A stretch of DNA of 64,000 bases, taken from Vitreimonas sp. GTDB lineage: Bacteria; Patescibacteriota; Microgenomatia; UBA1400; PJMF01. The number at the start of each line of letters is the position of its first letter. Position 1 is the stretch's first letter. Both the position numbers and the translations under genes were made by a program. The DNA lies in NCBI GenBank assembly GCA_035627515.1, contig DASPLQ010000012.1, positions 842,331 through 906,330 on the forward strand. Reading direction: 5' to 3'. Below, piece by piece: positions 26,483 to 37,046 of the stretch. The notes below the pieces were generated by a model. The model did not search any database, was not told the origin of the DNA, and saw nothing but the letters and a program-made list of their open reading frames with translations.

Positions 26483-27211
26483 ATGTACAATAGCGGCGTG
26501 AAAGAAAAAGTATCCCTTATCAAAGTCAGAGATCATTTAGTTGCGGCTGAGGTATATAAACATACTGCTACCGCTACTGCCGGTCTCAATACGTTTAGAA
26601 GAAATCATTTGAAGCCACATGAGGGGCCAGAATCTTTTATTTGGGACAGCCCTAAACAACTATTGTTAATTGGAGAGCAGGGAAGAATCTACCTGGAGGA
26701 CTTGATCACAGAGGGTGATCCAGTGACCTGCAGTATTGCCAGTGCTCTGTTGTTGTTAGCCGAAACTGCCGAAATATCGCTGATAGAAAAACAAAAATAT
26801 ACTGCAGGAATTACTGTCCGAGAAGGTGCTACTCGCTGTGGGGTAGAGAATCCCCTATCCGAGGCTGCTACGCTATTGTTTTTAAAAGATTTATTTAGGA
26901 AGGAGCCAATTCCAACGCGCAATTTGAACAGACTAGGGCTTGAGCACTTGAGTATGCTCGGTAAATACTTAAGTTGGGTTTTTTCTGAATATAATAAATG
27001 GCCAGTCAACTTTCATGAGTGCACATTAGCCATTTTGAAATTAAGATACGAGAATGGTGCTTCGATGACTCATAAAGAAATTGCCCAAAAGATGAACAAC
27101 GGCATGGCAGATCATACTATCGGGCAGATTCTTAAGAAAACTAAGCTTAATATGCGGCAAATGCCTATTCGTGAGCCATTAATTGATTATCTTTTGTTCC
27201 CTGAGAAATAG
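26483..27211 (+). CDS. Putative sigma-70-family-like regulator with a C-terminal region-4-type HTH
   Basis: C-terminal HECTLAILKLRYENGASMTHKEIAQKMNNGMADHTIGQILKKTKLNMRQ matches the sigma-70 region 4.2 pattern. DLITEGD resembles region 2. Start taken at the internal Met, not the ORF-track start at 26411. Confidence 0.45.
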   Translation: MYNSGVKEKVSLIKVRDHLVAAEVYKHTATATAGLNTFRRNHLKPHEGPESFIWDSPKQLLLIGEQGRIYLEDLITEGDPVTCSIASALLLLAETAEISLIEKQKYTAGITVREGATRCGVENPLSEAATLLFLKDLFRKEPIPTRNLNRLGLEHLSMLGKYLSWVFSEYNKWPVNFHECTLAILKLRYENGASMTHKEIAQKMNNGMADHTIGQILKKTKLNMRQMPIREPLIDYLLFPEK

Positions 27212-27280
27212 CTGGAGTGGAGTTTACCTCCAGATACAAAACCGCGTCTGCCTGTTTCTTAACGAAAGCGAGGCAGACGC
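27212..27280. terminator. Pair of hairpins between the convergent genes (bidirectional terminator)
   Basis: Hairpin 1: CTGGAG-N10-CTCCAG. Hairpin 2: GCGTCTGCCT-N17-AGGCAGACGC, a 10-bp perfect stem. Confidence 0.6.
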
Positions 27281-27303
27281 ATCAGTAATCTTCAAAGAAG
27301 GTC

Positions 27304-27678
27304 TTAGGCGACGCGGTTTTTGAGTTTGAGGACAGCGGCGGTTGAACCCGTCATAACTGTACCTAAGACAGTGACGATGGAATACATGTCCATACCGGTA
27401 TTAGCGGTAGTGTGCACGTAGACTAAGGTGCCGTCAGCGCGACGACGCACTTGTCTGTTTTCCATGCGTTGGTACTGTCGACCGTAAGCACTGCCTGCAG
27501 CTTCAGCAGTACAAGTACTGCTTTGGCCGTATGCGCCGGTGGTACAGTTGACTCTGACGTTGTTATCAACACGTTGTTCTTGGTTCTGTTCCATTACTTG
27601 GGCAGAAGCCAAAGAAACCATGCTGAGCGTCAAAGCAGCGGCTAAAGTGGTCGCTGTCATGAGTTTCATGATACTCAT
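27304..27678 (-). CDS. Small secreted protein (124 aa): signal peptide plus a hydrophobic C-terminal segment
   Basis: MSIMKLMTATTLAAALTLSMVSLASAQV signal peptide. C-terminus SIVTVLGTVMTGSTAAVL. Confidence 0.5.
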   Translation of the reverse strand: MSIMKLMTATTLAAALTLSMVSLASAQVMEQNQEQRVDNNVRVNCTTGAYGQSSTCTAEAAGSAYGRQYQRMENRQVRRRADGTLVYVHTTANTGMDMYSIVTVLGTVMTGSTAAVLKLKNRVA

Positions 27679-27793
27679 GGAGTCCTTTAATCCACTATGA
27701 TGTGGATATAATAATTAATAACTTCCTGGAATAATACTATAAGACTATCCCAATGTCAATAGTTATAGGGATGTTGAATCTGGGAGTAAAGCT

Positions 27794-29053
27794 TTAAGAG
27801 TTATTTGTTGGTTGTGTAAAAAACCTGCCAATAGCCCACATTATCAAGCTAATTGGCACTGCTGACCAGGTGATCATTTTTTGATGAAGCAAGACGCTGC
27901 CATCGAAGTTGCCGGCGTGGAAGTATGGTATGTATCGGTATAGCGAGGTAACTGAAAGCGTGATCAAGAAAATACTCCACCAGCGCGTCAGCTGAAATAA
28001 GGGTTTAGGAGTGGTTAAACTAGGGAAAAACGGCAGCCAGATGAGTGTCCAGGTCAAATACCAGGGGTGGAACTGTTGGGAGCGTAAGGTCAGGAGCGGG
28101 ATAAACATCAGTACGGAAGCCGCCACAGGCCACCAGGGTAAAAGAGATTTAAACGGCAGATTCTTGAAAAAGCTGCTGAGTAACAAGATGATCCAGATTG
28201 GAATCAAGACAATTGTAGCAAGTTTCATCGAGATGGAAAAAGCTAAGAGAACGATAGAAGCCAGAATTTTGAGCGCAGACGCAGTGAAATTTTTCTTGTT
28301 GAGACCAGTTAAAAGCAACAGTGAGCTAAGAGCAGGGACCATCATCCACAGGTCGTTATGAGAATTTGTGATGATCTCGAGGAGGACTAAAGGATTAAAG
28401 AGTACTATACAGATCCGCAAAGCATTTTCACTCTTTTTTAGGTACATCCACGCCAACAGCCACAGGCTGACCAAGCTAAAACCTCTAAACAAGAACCAAG
28501 TCAGCAGAAATTTCTCTTGACCAAGGTAGTACGGGATCAGGGACAAAGCTGTCCAGCCATAACCATATGGAGCTGGCGTGTGCGTGTTGTGCATAAACCG
28601 CGTCCAGTCATCATAGTAGTAATCCAAAGCCACTTTGACGTGGGGATTAGCCTGGTAGACTGCCACCATTTTGGCGTTAAAAATATAATTAAAAACGTCA
28701 TAAGACAGGGCATTATTAGCGAAAAGCAGAGGCAGAGTAAACAGACAGTAAGCTGAAAAAAGGAAGTATTTTGAGTAATTAAGTAATCGAGTCCGCCAGC
28801 TGGCGGATGAGTAATTGAGTGAATATATCAACCAGAAGTAACTTAGCCAGAGCGTGGATATTAAAGCTGCATAGGTTGGGATCAGTAGCTCACGATCATT
28901 GAAGAAGGTTTTCCACATGTACAGCTGGAAGCGCCAGTACGGAGTCCAGGAAGTCAGGATCAGATTAGGAGCGGTAAGGCTGTAAGAGAAAACGACGTAA
29001 ACCAGCAACAGAGCAAAGTAAAGACCGAGGCAGAAAATGATTTTTTTGCTCAT
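27794..29053 (-). CDS. Polytopic membrane protein (419 aa), GT-C-like (GT87/DUF2029-like?)
   Basis: ~10 TM segments; conserved-looking loop DYYYDDWTRFMHNTHTPAPYGYGW. Confidence 0.4.
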   Translation of the reverse strand: MSKKIIFCLGLYFALLLVYVVFSYSLTAPNLILTSWTPYWRFQLYMWKTFFNDRELLIPTYAALISTLWLSYFWLIYSLNYSSASWRTRLLNYSKYFLFSAYCLFTLPLLFANNALSYDVFNYIFNAKMVAVYQANPHVKVALDYYYDDWTRFMHNTHTPAPYGYGWTALSLIPYYLGQEKFLLTWFLFRGFSLVSLWLLAWMYLKKSENALRICIVLFNPLVLLEIITNSHNDLWMMVPALSSLLLLTGLNKKNFTASALKILASIVLLAFSISMKLATIVLIPIWIILLLSSFFKNLPFKSLLPWWPVAASVLMFIPLLTLRSQQFHPWYLTWTLIWLPFFPSLTTPKPLFQLTRWWSIFLITLSVTSLYRYIPYFHAGNFDGSVLLHQKMITWSAVPISLIMWAIGRFFTQPTNNS

Positions 29054-29061
29054 GAAGAAAT

Positions 29062-29829
29062 TTATCCGGCTTTTTTATAATGCCCCTGTAGGTCGGCTAA
29101 TCTTACCCGCAGGATATCTCGCAACATGCGCAGAGAGTCTTTGACCGGACTGACTCGATCAGTTTCATGGTGTTTCCAGAGGATAGGCACTTCTTTAATT
29201 TGGTAATCAAATTTGCGCGCTAAAAACAGCATCTCTACGTCAAAGGCGCCGGTAAAGGCATCGCTGCGTTCTTGTTGTCGACCATAGACATGGAGGCGGC
29301 TGAAAAGCTCAGTGGTGGCCTCAGATGAGAGTAACTTAAAGCCACATTGGGTGTCATAAATGCCAGGAACAGCAAGGAGTTGCACCAGCCAATTAAACCC
29401 CCGACCCATCAGGTGGCGGTACCACGGTTCATCATCGCGGTGTGCTCCGGAACCTTCCCGTGAACCAATCACAATTTCATATCCCTGAGTGGCATAGCTC
29501 ATCAGCTTTTCAACTTCAGACAGTGGAGTTGATTGATCAAAGTCAGTGAACAGGCGCCATTGACCTTGGGCAGCCAGCATCCCAGACTGCACCGTGGGAC
29601 CCTTCCCCGCATGTAGATTATCAAGTACGCGCACTTGAGCATGTTTTTTAGCAAAAGCTTGGAGGTGTTCTAGTGTGTTGTCACTCGATCCGTCATCGGA
29701 AAGAATGACTTCCCAAGTGTACGATTGCTTCTTGAGATAGTTCACCACTTCATCCAGGACGCCGCGCTCGAGGTTTTTACGCTCGTTGTAGGAAGGAATG
29801 ACGACGGAAAGAAAAGGAACTTTTGACAT
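29062..29829 (-). CDS. Polyprenyl-phosphate sugar synthase (DPM1/GtrB/ArnC-like GT2)
   Basis: LSVVIPSYNERKNL...ILSDDGSSDNT...GSREGSGA...YDTQCGFKLL are the hallmark motifs of dolichyl/undecaprenyl-phosphate glycosyltransferases. Confidence 0.85.
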   Translation of the reverse strand: MSKVPFLSVVIPSYNERKNLERGVLDEVVNYLKKQSYTWEVILSDDGSSDNTLEHLQAFAKKHAQVRVLDNLHAGKGPTVQSGMLAAQGQWRLFTDFDQSTPLSEVEKLMSYATQGYEIVIGSREGSGAHRDDEPWYRHLMGRGFNWLVQLLAVPGIYDTQCGFKLLSSEATTELFSRLHVYGRQQERSDAFTGAFDVEMLFLARKFDYQIKEVPILWKHHETDRVSPVKDSLRMLRDILRVRLADLQGHYKKAG

Positions 29830-29843
29830 GAGTAAACTTTAAA

Positions 29844-31373
29844 TTAAGTCCTTCTAAATATAAGGATTTCTGGGCCGCCGTCAATACGAAACGTTTCTGA
29901 AGGCGTTTTGTTAGGAAAGATAACTATTTCATAAATCGGCAGATCCATGGGTTTGAGCAAGTGTTGTTCATTGATCACCACCAGGGTGGAAGCATCGCCG
30001 GCTTTTTCTGGAGCGAGAGGTGGGTGATCGGTGGTGGATAAGAAATAATAGTAGTTTTGGGCGTAAATATCTTTCGATTCAGATAACAGAATCACGGTGT
30101 ACGTTTCTTCCGGCTTGAGGTGGGTGACAATTTCTTCTGCCGTGTGGCGGATGTCGCGCACGGTCCAGTCCTGGCTCTGCGGTAGTTTAGGGAGATTAAT
30201 GGCAATAAAAATGATTAATAATCCACCAACTAGTAAACGGCCGGTGGTTTTTTGGGCTAGCCAATCACCCGCAATGCCATAAAGTAAAAAGGTGACAGGA
30301 AACAAATACGCAATATAGTGATGAAAGATGGTGTGTTCGTAGACAGCTGTGCCCATGATGCCGGTGAGTAAATAACTCGCCACTACAGCGTAGCCCACTC
30401 GACTGGACTTTGATTGATTGAAGTACTGGCGAATTACAATAGTGAGCAAGATAATCACAAAGACTGTATTAGCTGTCCGCTGATGGCCTAGATTATATTC
30501 AGCTAAAATGTGGAGCGAGCGACCATGAGTTTCACGCAGCACGCGGCCAATGCGGAGTGGTAGAGAGTCGTCATTGCTGACTTTAAAACTTTGTTCTTTG
30601 ACAAATAAGTTTTTGAAAGCTGTGGCATTCAACCAGTTGTGTTTGTAATCGAAGAGCATAAGTGGCGTGAGTGAGAGGGCAAAAACGATGATGGCTACCC
30701 CGGTGGCGGTTCCCAGTTTAACTACGGATGCCCAGCGAGGAGCTTTTTTGGAAGCTGGAGTGGTGGCAAGTTTCCAGGTTTGAAAAAGCCAGACTAAGCC
30801 GGCTCCGGCGCCTGCTAATAATGTCAGGTAATGGAGTTGGATTAAAATACTGAAGCAGATCGAGACTACTACCCAGTACCAAACATTTTTGGTGATAGCG
30901 CGGTGAGTAGCCCAGATCATGACCAATGATACTAAGGGGGCTGGGTTGGGGTTCCAGCTGAACCGCGTATACTCGATGACTACGGCTGCAAAAGTGTAGA
31001 ACATGGTTGCAATTAGCGCGGCTCGTTCACCAATTAATTCCTTGCCTAAGTAATACAGCAACCACACCGTGATAATCCCTAAACCCGCCACAGCGTAGAC
31101 AGGGCCCATCGGACTAGGATAGCTGAGCCATAAAAAAGGCATCATGAAGTAGTAATAAAAGGGACCCAGGTACATGTTGCCCACACTGGTGACTGGACCA
31201 ATAAAAACAGGGTCAAAGTTACGGAAAATATTGGCCACGATCAAGGCATCACGGCCTTGATCACCTTGAAACTGGAGGGTGTCGACTAAATTATAGAGGC
31301 GCAAAAAACTGGCTACGCTCAGCAGGATGATTAAAAAAACGTGGGTTAGGGTCAGCTTTTTCCACCAGGTCAT
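29844..31373 (-). CDS. ArnT/PMT-like GT-C membrane glycosyltransferase (509 aa)
   Basis: ~12 TM segments; first loop FQGDQGRDALIVANIF. Paralogous to 37222..38814, which has the SYDQGRDMYVL motif. Confidence 0.55.
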   Translation of the reverse strand: MTWWKKLTLTHVFLIILLSVASFLRLYNLVDTLQFQGDQGRDALIVANIFRNFDPVFIGPVTSVGNMYLGPFYYYFMMPFLWLSYPSPMGPVYAVAGLGIITVWLLYYLGKELIGERAALIATMFYTFAAVVIEYTRFSWNPNPAPLVSLVMIWATHRAITKNVWYWVVVSICFSILIQLHYLTLLAGAGAGLVWLFQTWKLATTPASKKAPRWASVVKLGTATGVAIIVFALSLTPLMLFDYKHNWLNATAFKNLFVKEQSFKVSNDDSLPLRIGRVLRETHGRSLHILAEYNLGHQRTANTVFVIILLTIVIRQYFNQSKSSRVGYAVVASYLLTGIMGTAVYEHTIFHHYIAYLFPVTFLLYGIAGDWLAQKTTGRLLVGGLLIIFIAINLPKLPQSQDWTVRDIRHTAEEIVTHLKPEETYTVILLSESKDIYAQNYYYFLSTTDHPPLAPEKAGDASTLVVINEQHLLKPMDLPIYEIVIFPNKTPSETFRIDGGPEILIFRRT

Positions 31374-31388
31374 ACAGAGTTCACTCTT

Positions 31389-32579
31389 TTATTTACTGGC
31401 CGGTTTTTTCCATACCAGCCGACTATACGCAAAGAAATTCCAAAACATGCCGATTAAAATACCCATCACGGCATAAACTAAACCAGTATCAATCGCCAGG
31501 TTAATAATGGGTAAGGTAAACAACGTAAACAAACCAATGCCTTTTTCACCCGCGGTGCTCAAAATGAATTGAATAATTAATGAGCCCATCGAAGCGATGT
31601 TGAATTGAACGAACTTACCAGGCAGCTGAATGGCAGACAGTTTGCGATCAGCAAACGTCCAGAGGTTATTCAAGATGAAGTTACTAATAATTGCTGTTTC
31701 AATACTCAGCAAAGTAGCCCACTGGAAGCCAGATAACCCCCAGCCCCCGTTGCCGGTCAAGGCACGGTAAAGCTGTAGTGAACTGAGCTGTATCAATGCC
31801 CCGAGGCCGCCCACTACCACAAACTTAAAGATGCGATGGTTTACGATTTCCTGGAGCCGAACTTTAAAAATGTAAATCAAAGTATTTTTGATATATTCGG
31901 GACCTAATTTGGATTGGCCAATCGTCCGGTCCACAAACTTAAATGGCACTTCAGCAACTTTAAAGCCTTTGCGGACTGTTTTGTGAAGGAAGCCAATTTG
32001 AAACGTGTAGCCACTGAAACGTTCAGAGTGAAGCTCGGGATGAACGGCTTCGTAGACCTGCCTGGTAATGGCGCGATAGCCTGCGGTCCAGTCGCGAATA
32101 CTGAAATCTGTAAAGACCAACATAATAATCAGGTTACCCACTTTACTAAGAAACTTGCGATGCCAACCCCAATCATCAGGAATGCCACCACCTTTGACAT
32201 ACCGAGAGCCTAATACCAAATCATACCCATCCTCAATTTTTTGCAGCAAGGCTGGGATTTTAGTTGGGTCGTGAGACAGATCAGCATCGAACTCGAACAC
32301 GACGTCAGCTTTAAGTTTGCCGAAAGCTTCAGCCATACCCTTGAGATAGGCGCCCCCTAAGCCGGCTTTATTAGGATTAATGACTAGGTGCAGATTTTTG
32401 TGTTTTTTCTGCAGTTGCTGGACGGTTTCGTACGTTTTATCTGGCGAAGTATCGTCCACTACCAAGATGTGCATGTCCCAGTTTTTGATGTTTTTGAAGA
32501 CATCTTGCAACACAGGGACAACCTTTTGGATGTTTTCTTTCTCATTATAAGTAGGAATGATGACAATGGCTTTTTTCAT
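31389..32579 (-). CDS. Polyprenyl-phosphate sugar synthase (GT2) fused to a C-terminal GtrA-like 4-TM domain
   Basis: N-terminus IVIIPTYNEKENI...VVDDTSPDKT...GSRYVKGGG...AGYRAI. C-terminus has 4 TM segments with a GtrA-like pattern (FKFVVVGGLGALIQL...). Confidence 0.85.
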   Translation of the reverse strand: MKKAIVIIPTYNEKENIQKVVPVLQDVFKNIKNWDMHILVVDDTSPDKTYETVQQLQKKHKNLHLVINPNKAGLGGAYLKGMAEAFGKLKADVVFEFDADLSHDPTKIPALLQKIEDGYDLVLGSRYVKGGGIPDDWGWHRKFLSKVGNLIIMLVFTDFSIRDWTAGYRAITRQVYEAVHPELHSERFSGYTFQIGFLHKTVRKGFKVAEVPFKFVDRTIGQSKLGPEYIKNTLIYIFKVRLQEIVNHRIFKFVVVGGLGALIQLSSLQLYRALTGNGGWGLSGFQWATLLSIETAIISNFILNNLWTFADRKLSAIQLPGKFVQFNIASMGSLIIQFILSTAGEKGIGLFTLFTLPIINLAIDTGLVYAVMGILIGMFWNFFAYSRLVWKKPASK

Positions 32580-32594
32580 ACCTGATAGGCAAAA

Positions 32595-33566
32595 TTATTT
32601 TTTACTCTCTGCTTCTAAATCAGCATTCACCATCAGCTCCACTAGTTGTGCAAAAGTAACGCTTGGTTTCCATCCTAATTTGGTTTGGGCTTTAGTAGGA
32701 TCCCCAATTAGGAGATCAACTTCTGCAGGGCGGTCGAATTTAGGATTGTGTTTATATACTGATTCCCAGTCCTTGATGCCAGCTGCCTCACAAGCTAATT
32801 GTAAGAATTCCCGGACAGAGTGGGTTTCGCCAGTGGAGATCACAAAGTCATCAGCTTGATCTTGTTGCAGCATCAACCACATCGCTTCTACATAGTCTTT
32901 AGCATAACCCCAGTCACGTTTGGCTTCGAGGTTGCCGAGCTCCACGTGTTGTTGTTTACCGAGTTTGACTCGGGCCACGGCATTGGTAATTTTGCGGGTC
33001 ACAAACTCTAAACCACGGCGTGGTGATTCATGATTAAACAAAATACCTGAGACGGCAAACATGTTGAATGACTCTCGATAATTGACAGTAATCCAGTGAC
33101 CATAGACTTTAGCCACACCATAGGGTGAACGAGGATAAAAGGGAGTACTCTCGGTTTGAGGTACTTCTTGGACTTTGCCAAACATTTCTGATGAACTGGC
33201 TTGATAAAACTTAGCTTGTGGACAGACGAGACGGACCGCTTCGAGCATCCGGGTGACGCCAATGGCAGTAAACTCACCGGTGAGCACGGGTTGATCCCAA
33301 CTTGTTTTGACGAAAGACTGAGCGGCTAAGTTATAGACCTCATCGGGTTGGACATCTTTGAGTGCCATGGTTAACGAGTGTTGATCCAACAAGTCACCTG
33401 AAATGAGCTCCAGATTAGGGTGATGGACAATTTGCTCAATTCGCTCGAAGTTTTGGGTACTCGTGCGACGAGTCAAACCGTAGACTTTGTAGCCTTTTTC
33501 GAGCAATAACTCTGCTAAATAGGAACCGTCTTGACCGGTAATACCGGTGATAAAAGCTTTTTTCAT
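32595..33566 (-). CDS. gmd: GDP-mannose 4,6-dehydratase
   Basis: [22 protein letters not shown]...[19 protein letters not shown]...[10 protein letters not shown] is the classic Gmd SDR signature. Confidence 0.93.
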   Translation of the reverse strand: MKKAFITGITGQDGSYLAELLLEKGYKVYGLTRRTSTQNFERIEQIVHHPNLELISGDLLDQHSLTMALKDVQPDEVYNLAAQSFVKTSWDQPVLTGEFTAIGVTRMLEAVRLVCPQAKFYQASSSEMFGKVQEVPQTESTPFYPRSPYGVAKVYGHWITVNYRESFNMFAVSGILFNHESPRRGLEFVTRKITNAVARVKLGKQQHVELGNLEAKRDWGYAKDYVEAMWLMLQQDQADDFVISTGETHSVREFLQLACEAAGIKDWESVYKHNPKFDRPAEVDLLIGDPTKAQTKLGWKPSVTFAQLVELMVNADLEAESKK

Positions 33567-34525
33567 GCTTGTTCTCTCCAATAACTGAGTACGCGTGATA
33601 ACGTTTGTTGCAGCGGAATACTTGGTTGCCATCCCAGCTTGGCAATTTTCCCATTATCCGCAATGATGATCGGAACATCAAGAGGACGAAGTTTGGTGGG
33701 GTCTGTTACGATCGGGACTTCAATCTGGGCCAGTTGGCGCATCATCTCTAAAACACTTGCCATTTGGTAACCTGTGCCACTGCCAATGTTGTATACCTCA
33801 CCAGCTTGACCATGAGCCATCAACAAGGCATAGGCTTTGACCATATCTTTGACATCAGTAAAATCACGGACGCCGCTCAGTTCGCCCACCCGAAGTTCAG
33901 CTTGCAAGCCGCGCTCGATGGCCACAATTTGTTTGGCAAAACTGGGGATCGAGAAATCGGGTGATTGGCGCTCGCCGATATGGTTAAAAGGTCGGGCGCG
34001 GACAATATCGAGTTTATATGACACCGTGTAAGTAAAGGCCAGTAAATCTTGTGAAACTTTAGAAACGGCATACGGATTAGCAGGATTAAGCGGAAACTCT
34101 TCATTAATTTTTTGACCAGGTTGGAGAGTGAGTACGCCATATTCTTCGGCACTGCCTATGACTAATAACCGGGCTTGAGGAGTATGAAGCCGAGTGGCTT
34201 CGAGGACATTGAGTTGTAACGTGATGTTATTTTGTAAAACTGATTTGGCTTTCTCGAAACTGTTGCCCACTACCGCAAAAGAGGCCAGGTGGTAAATATG
34301 AGTAGGTTGTAGTTCTTGCCAGAGGTGGTTAACAGCTGCTGTATCAGTTAGATCGAGAGTATGAATCTGGGCAGTGGGGTGAGGAGGATTGACTTGAGCA
34401 CCAAAACTAGTGACGTGAAGATTAGTAAAACCTTGAGCTGTGAGTTCTTCAACTAAGTGTGAGCCCGCAAAGCCAGTGCCACCAGTAATTAAAATCGTTG
34501 GTTGAGTCTCGATTGCAGTCTGCAT
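33563..34525 (-). CDS. rmd: GDP-4-keto-6-deoxy-D-mannose reductase (Rmd-like)
   Basis: [14 protein letters not shown] Rossmann motif. YAVSK active site. [50 protein letters not shown] closely matches the Rmd family as I recall it. Overlaps gmd by 4 bp. Confidence 0.75.
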   Translation of the reverse strand: MQTAIETQPTILITGGTGFAGSHLVEELTAQGFTNLHVTSFGAQVNPPHPTAQIHTLDLTDTAAVNHLWQELQPTHIYHLASFAVVGNSFEKAKSVLQNNITLQLNVLEATRLHTPQARLLVIGSAEEYGVLTLQPGQKINEEFPLNPANPYAVSKVSQDLLAFTYTVSYKLDIVRARPFNHIGERQSPDFSIPSFAKQIVAIERGLQAELRVGELSGVRDFTDVKDMVKAYALLMAHGQAGEVYNIGSGTGYQMASVLEMMRQLAQIEVPIVTDPTKLRPLDVPIIIADNGKIAKLGWQPSIPLQQTLSRVLSYWREQA

Positions 34526-34539
34526 GTCAAATTATCCGG

Positions 34540-35853
34540 CTAAAGTGAGCGACCGACCCCTATGTATTGATAACCCCAGGCACTCACAGTCTGAGGCGAG
34601 AATTGGTTGCGCGCATCGATAAACCACTGGGGTTGATCACGCTTCACCTTGGAAAAATCATACGACACAATTTCAGGCCACTCGATCAAAGCTAAGATGA
34701 CATCAGCGTCAGCACAGGCAGCAGCCAAATCAGTAGTGTAAGTGACGTTTTTTTGGTCAGGCATAAAGTACTTCACCACTTCTAAAGCTTTTGGATCAAA
34801 GCCGGTGACGTTTCCACCCGCAGTTACGATATGTGGAATGACTCTCAAGCTTGGGGCTTCACGCATGTCATCAGTATTGGGTTTGAAAGATAAGCCGAGA
34901 ACAGCTACTTTTTTGCCCTGCCAGCCGCCAATCTTTTGATCGTACTCGTTCATTAAGCGGGGAATACGTTCTTCATTGAGTTCATTAATCTTGTTAAACA
35001 AATTGTTGGGTTCATTCACGCTGCGCGAGTAAGCGGCCAGTTCCTTGACGTCTTTGGGGAAACACGAACCACCATAGCCAAAACCAGGATACCAATAATG
35101 ACTCCCAATACGTTGATCATAGCCAATAGCTTGAATAACTTCTTGGACATCAGCTTGGTTTTTTTGACACAAATCAGCAATTTGGTTGATGAAGGTGATG
35201 CGAGTAGCAAGATAAGCATTGGCGGCATACTTCGCCATTTGAGCGGAAGAGGGCGATACCTTGACTACGGGAGCATTCAAAGGTTTGTGAAGTGTTTCCA
35301 GTCTATCGAATACGCTGGCTTCAGTGGCACCTAGTACGATCCGATCAGGGTTAAGCGTGTCGTGGACAGCACTGCCTTCACGCAAGAACTCAGGGACTGA
35401 GGCCATGTGAAATACTAGCTCAGGGGCGCCACTCTCTTGTCGAGCTTGTTTGATGACGTCAGCAACTTTATCGAGAGAACCAGGCGGAACTGTGGACTTG
35501 ACCACTACAATTGCTTCAGGTTTAAGATGCGGAGCCAACGCTGTGGCAGCACTAAAGACAAACTTCATGTCGGCCTGACCATCAGCCGCTGACGGTGTGC
35601 CCACAGCAATAAAAATGATGTCAGCAGTGGTGATGGCTTGTTGATAATCGGTAGTAAATGATAAGTGGCCTTTGGCTTGTTGTTCGAGGAGGAGAGTTTC
35701 TAGATTAGGCTCGTAGAAAGGTACTTTACCTTGGCGGAGGGACTGAACTTTTTTTTCATCTATGTCTAAGCCCACCACTGTATGTCCAAAAGATGCGTAG
35801 ACGGCTGCCGAGACCACCCCGACAAAACCTGTCCCAATAATCGTAATGTTCAT
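34540..35853 (-). CDS. ugd: UDP-glucose 6-dehydrogenase
   Basis: MNITIIGTGFVGVVSAAVYA...GGSCFPKD catalytic Cys motif. 437 aa. Confidence 0.9.
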   Translation of the reverse strand: MNITIIGTGFVGVVSAAVYASFGHTVVGLDIDEKKVQSLRQGKVPFYEPNLETLLLEQQAKGHLSFTTDYQQAITTADIIFIAVGTPSAADGQADMKFVFSAATALAPHLKPEAIVVVKSTVPPGSLDKVADVIKQARQESGAPELVFHMASVPEFLREGSAVHDTLNPDRIVLGATEASVFDRLETLHKPLNAPVVKVSPSSAQMAKYAANAYLATRITFINQIADLCQKNQADVQEVIQAIGYDQRIGSHYWYPGFGYGGSCFPKDVKELAAYSRSVNEPNNLFNKINELNEERIPRLMNEYDQKIGGWQGKKVAVLGLSFKPNTDDMREAPSLRVIPHIVTAGGNVTGFDPKALEVVKYFMPDQKNVTYTTDLAAACADADVILALIEWPEIVSYDFSKVKRDQPQWFIDARNQFSPQTVSAWGYQYIGVGRSL

Positions 35854-35885
35854 AGCGGTCAGTATATCACGGTATACTACAGTTT

Positions 35886-36545
35886 ATGCAGATCAATATC
35901 CTCACCCTTTTTCCCGAGTACTTTGACTCGATTTTGGCGACTTCAATCCTGAAGCGAGCTCTGGCCAGTGGCCTGATAACCGTGAACATTATTAATATTC
36001 GTGACTTTGCGAGTGATAAGCACCAAGTCACTGATGATCGACCGTTTGGTGGTGGTCCGGGCATGGTGATGAAAGTGGAGCCAATTTATCTGGCGCTGGA
36101 GTCTCTGGGGCAAGTTACATCCCAGCCAGGAATGAAACGGATCTTAACCTCAGCCAAAGGTCCAGTTTTTACTCAAGCTAAGGCTGGAGAATTAGCCAAA
36201 CTTGAGCAGTTAACTTTAATCTGTGGACATTATGAAGGTGTGGATGAACGAGTGGCAGAAAATCTCGTTGATGAAGAAATGAGAATTGGTGATTACGTGC
36301 TGACCGGCGGTGAGCCAGCAGTAGCAGTGATTATCGATGCGGTGTCGAGGTTAATTCCTGGCATTTTGGGCAATGAAGAAAGCAACAAAAATGAGTCACA
36401 TTCCCAACCCGGTAAACTAGGTTTTCCGGTCTATACTCGGCCGGAAGAATTTAATGGGTGGCGCGTACCTGAAGTATTGTTAGGTGGACACCATGCTGAG
36501 ATTCAGAAATGGCGTGAGATGCAGAGTAAACTGAGTGAGAATTAA
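35886..36545 (+). CDS. trmD: tRNA (guanine37-N1)-methyltransferase
   Basis: MQINILTLFPEYFDS...RPFGGGPGMVMK...TGGEPAAVAVIDAVSRLIPG are the TrmD SPOUT signatures. Confidence 0.93.
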   Translation: MQINILTLFPEYFDSILATSILKRALASGLITVNIINIRDFASDKHQVTDDRPFGGGPGMVMKVEPIYLALESLGQVTSQPGMKRILTSAKGPVFTQAKAGELAKLEQLTLICGHYEGVDERVAENLVDEEMRIGDYVLTGGEPAVAVIIDAVSRLIPGILGNEESNKNESHSQPGKLGFPVYTRPEEFNGWRVPEVLLGGHHAEIQKWREMQSKLSEN

Positions 36546-36904
36546 TAATCTCTGAGGTCGGTATCAGTCATATCTGGTCGAGATAAATGGCTAATAACAT
36601 CTTTTAAGGTCCAGACACTTTGATCATGATGGGTAGTCTCTTGTCTATTAGGGCGATCGAAGTTGTAGACTTTATTATCAGATTCAAGGCTGATTTTGAT
36701 TACTTCGCTAGGAAGTGCTGACCAGATGCAGCCATTGATTAGTAACCGGGCAACGTCGCGTTCAAGTTGTTGGAGTTGCTGGTTGAGAAGGCGTTGAATT
36801 TCCTGAGCTGCTTTAAGCTTGTCTCGTCGACTACAGTTTTGATGAACCCAGCCACCATAATTAATATGATGACCATCTTTGTGAAAATCTTCGGAACGAG
36901 ACAT
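36542..36904 (-). CDS. Hypothetical protein (120 aa)
   Basis: Intact ORF, no recognisable domain. Confidence 0.4.
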   Translation of the reverse strand: MSRSEDFHKDGHHINYGGWVHQNCSRRDKLKAAQEIQRLLNQQLQQLERDVARLLINGCIWSALPSEVIKISLESDNKVYNFDRPNRQETTHHDQSVWTLKDVISHLSRPDMTDTDLRDY

Positions 36905-36986
36905 ATTTATGTGTAATTAATACGCACAAGAATGAAGTATGCTCCTCAAACAAAAAAAATGCAAGCGGTGGGTTTGATGAAAAGGT

Positions 36987-37046
36987 ACGTTTTGACTGTA
37001 ATGACCTGTCACCAGAGTAACTTCTGAAGTAAGGGTTAAGGGGGAG
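36987..37046 (+). promoter_or_regulatory. Copy 2 of the conserved intergenic element
   Basis: Identical 16-mer TTTTGACTGTAATGAC at 36990-37005. CTTCT, AAGTAAGG and a G-run follow in the same order as copy 1. GGTGGGTTTGAT upstream matches GGTGGTTTGAT downstream of copy 1. Confidence 0.4.
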
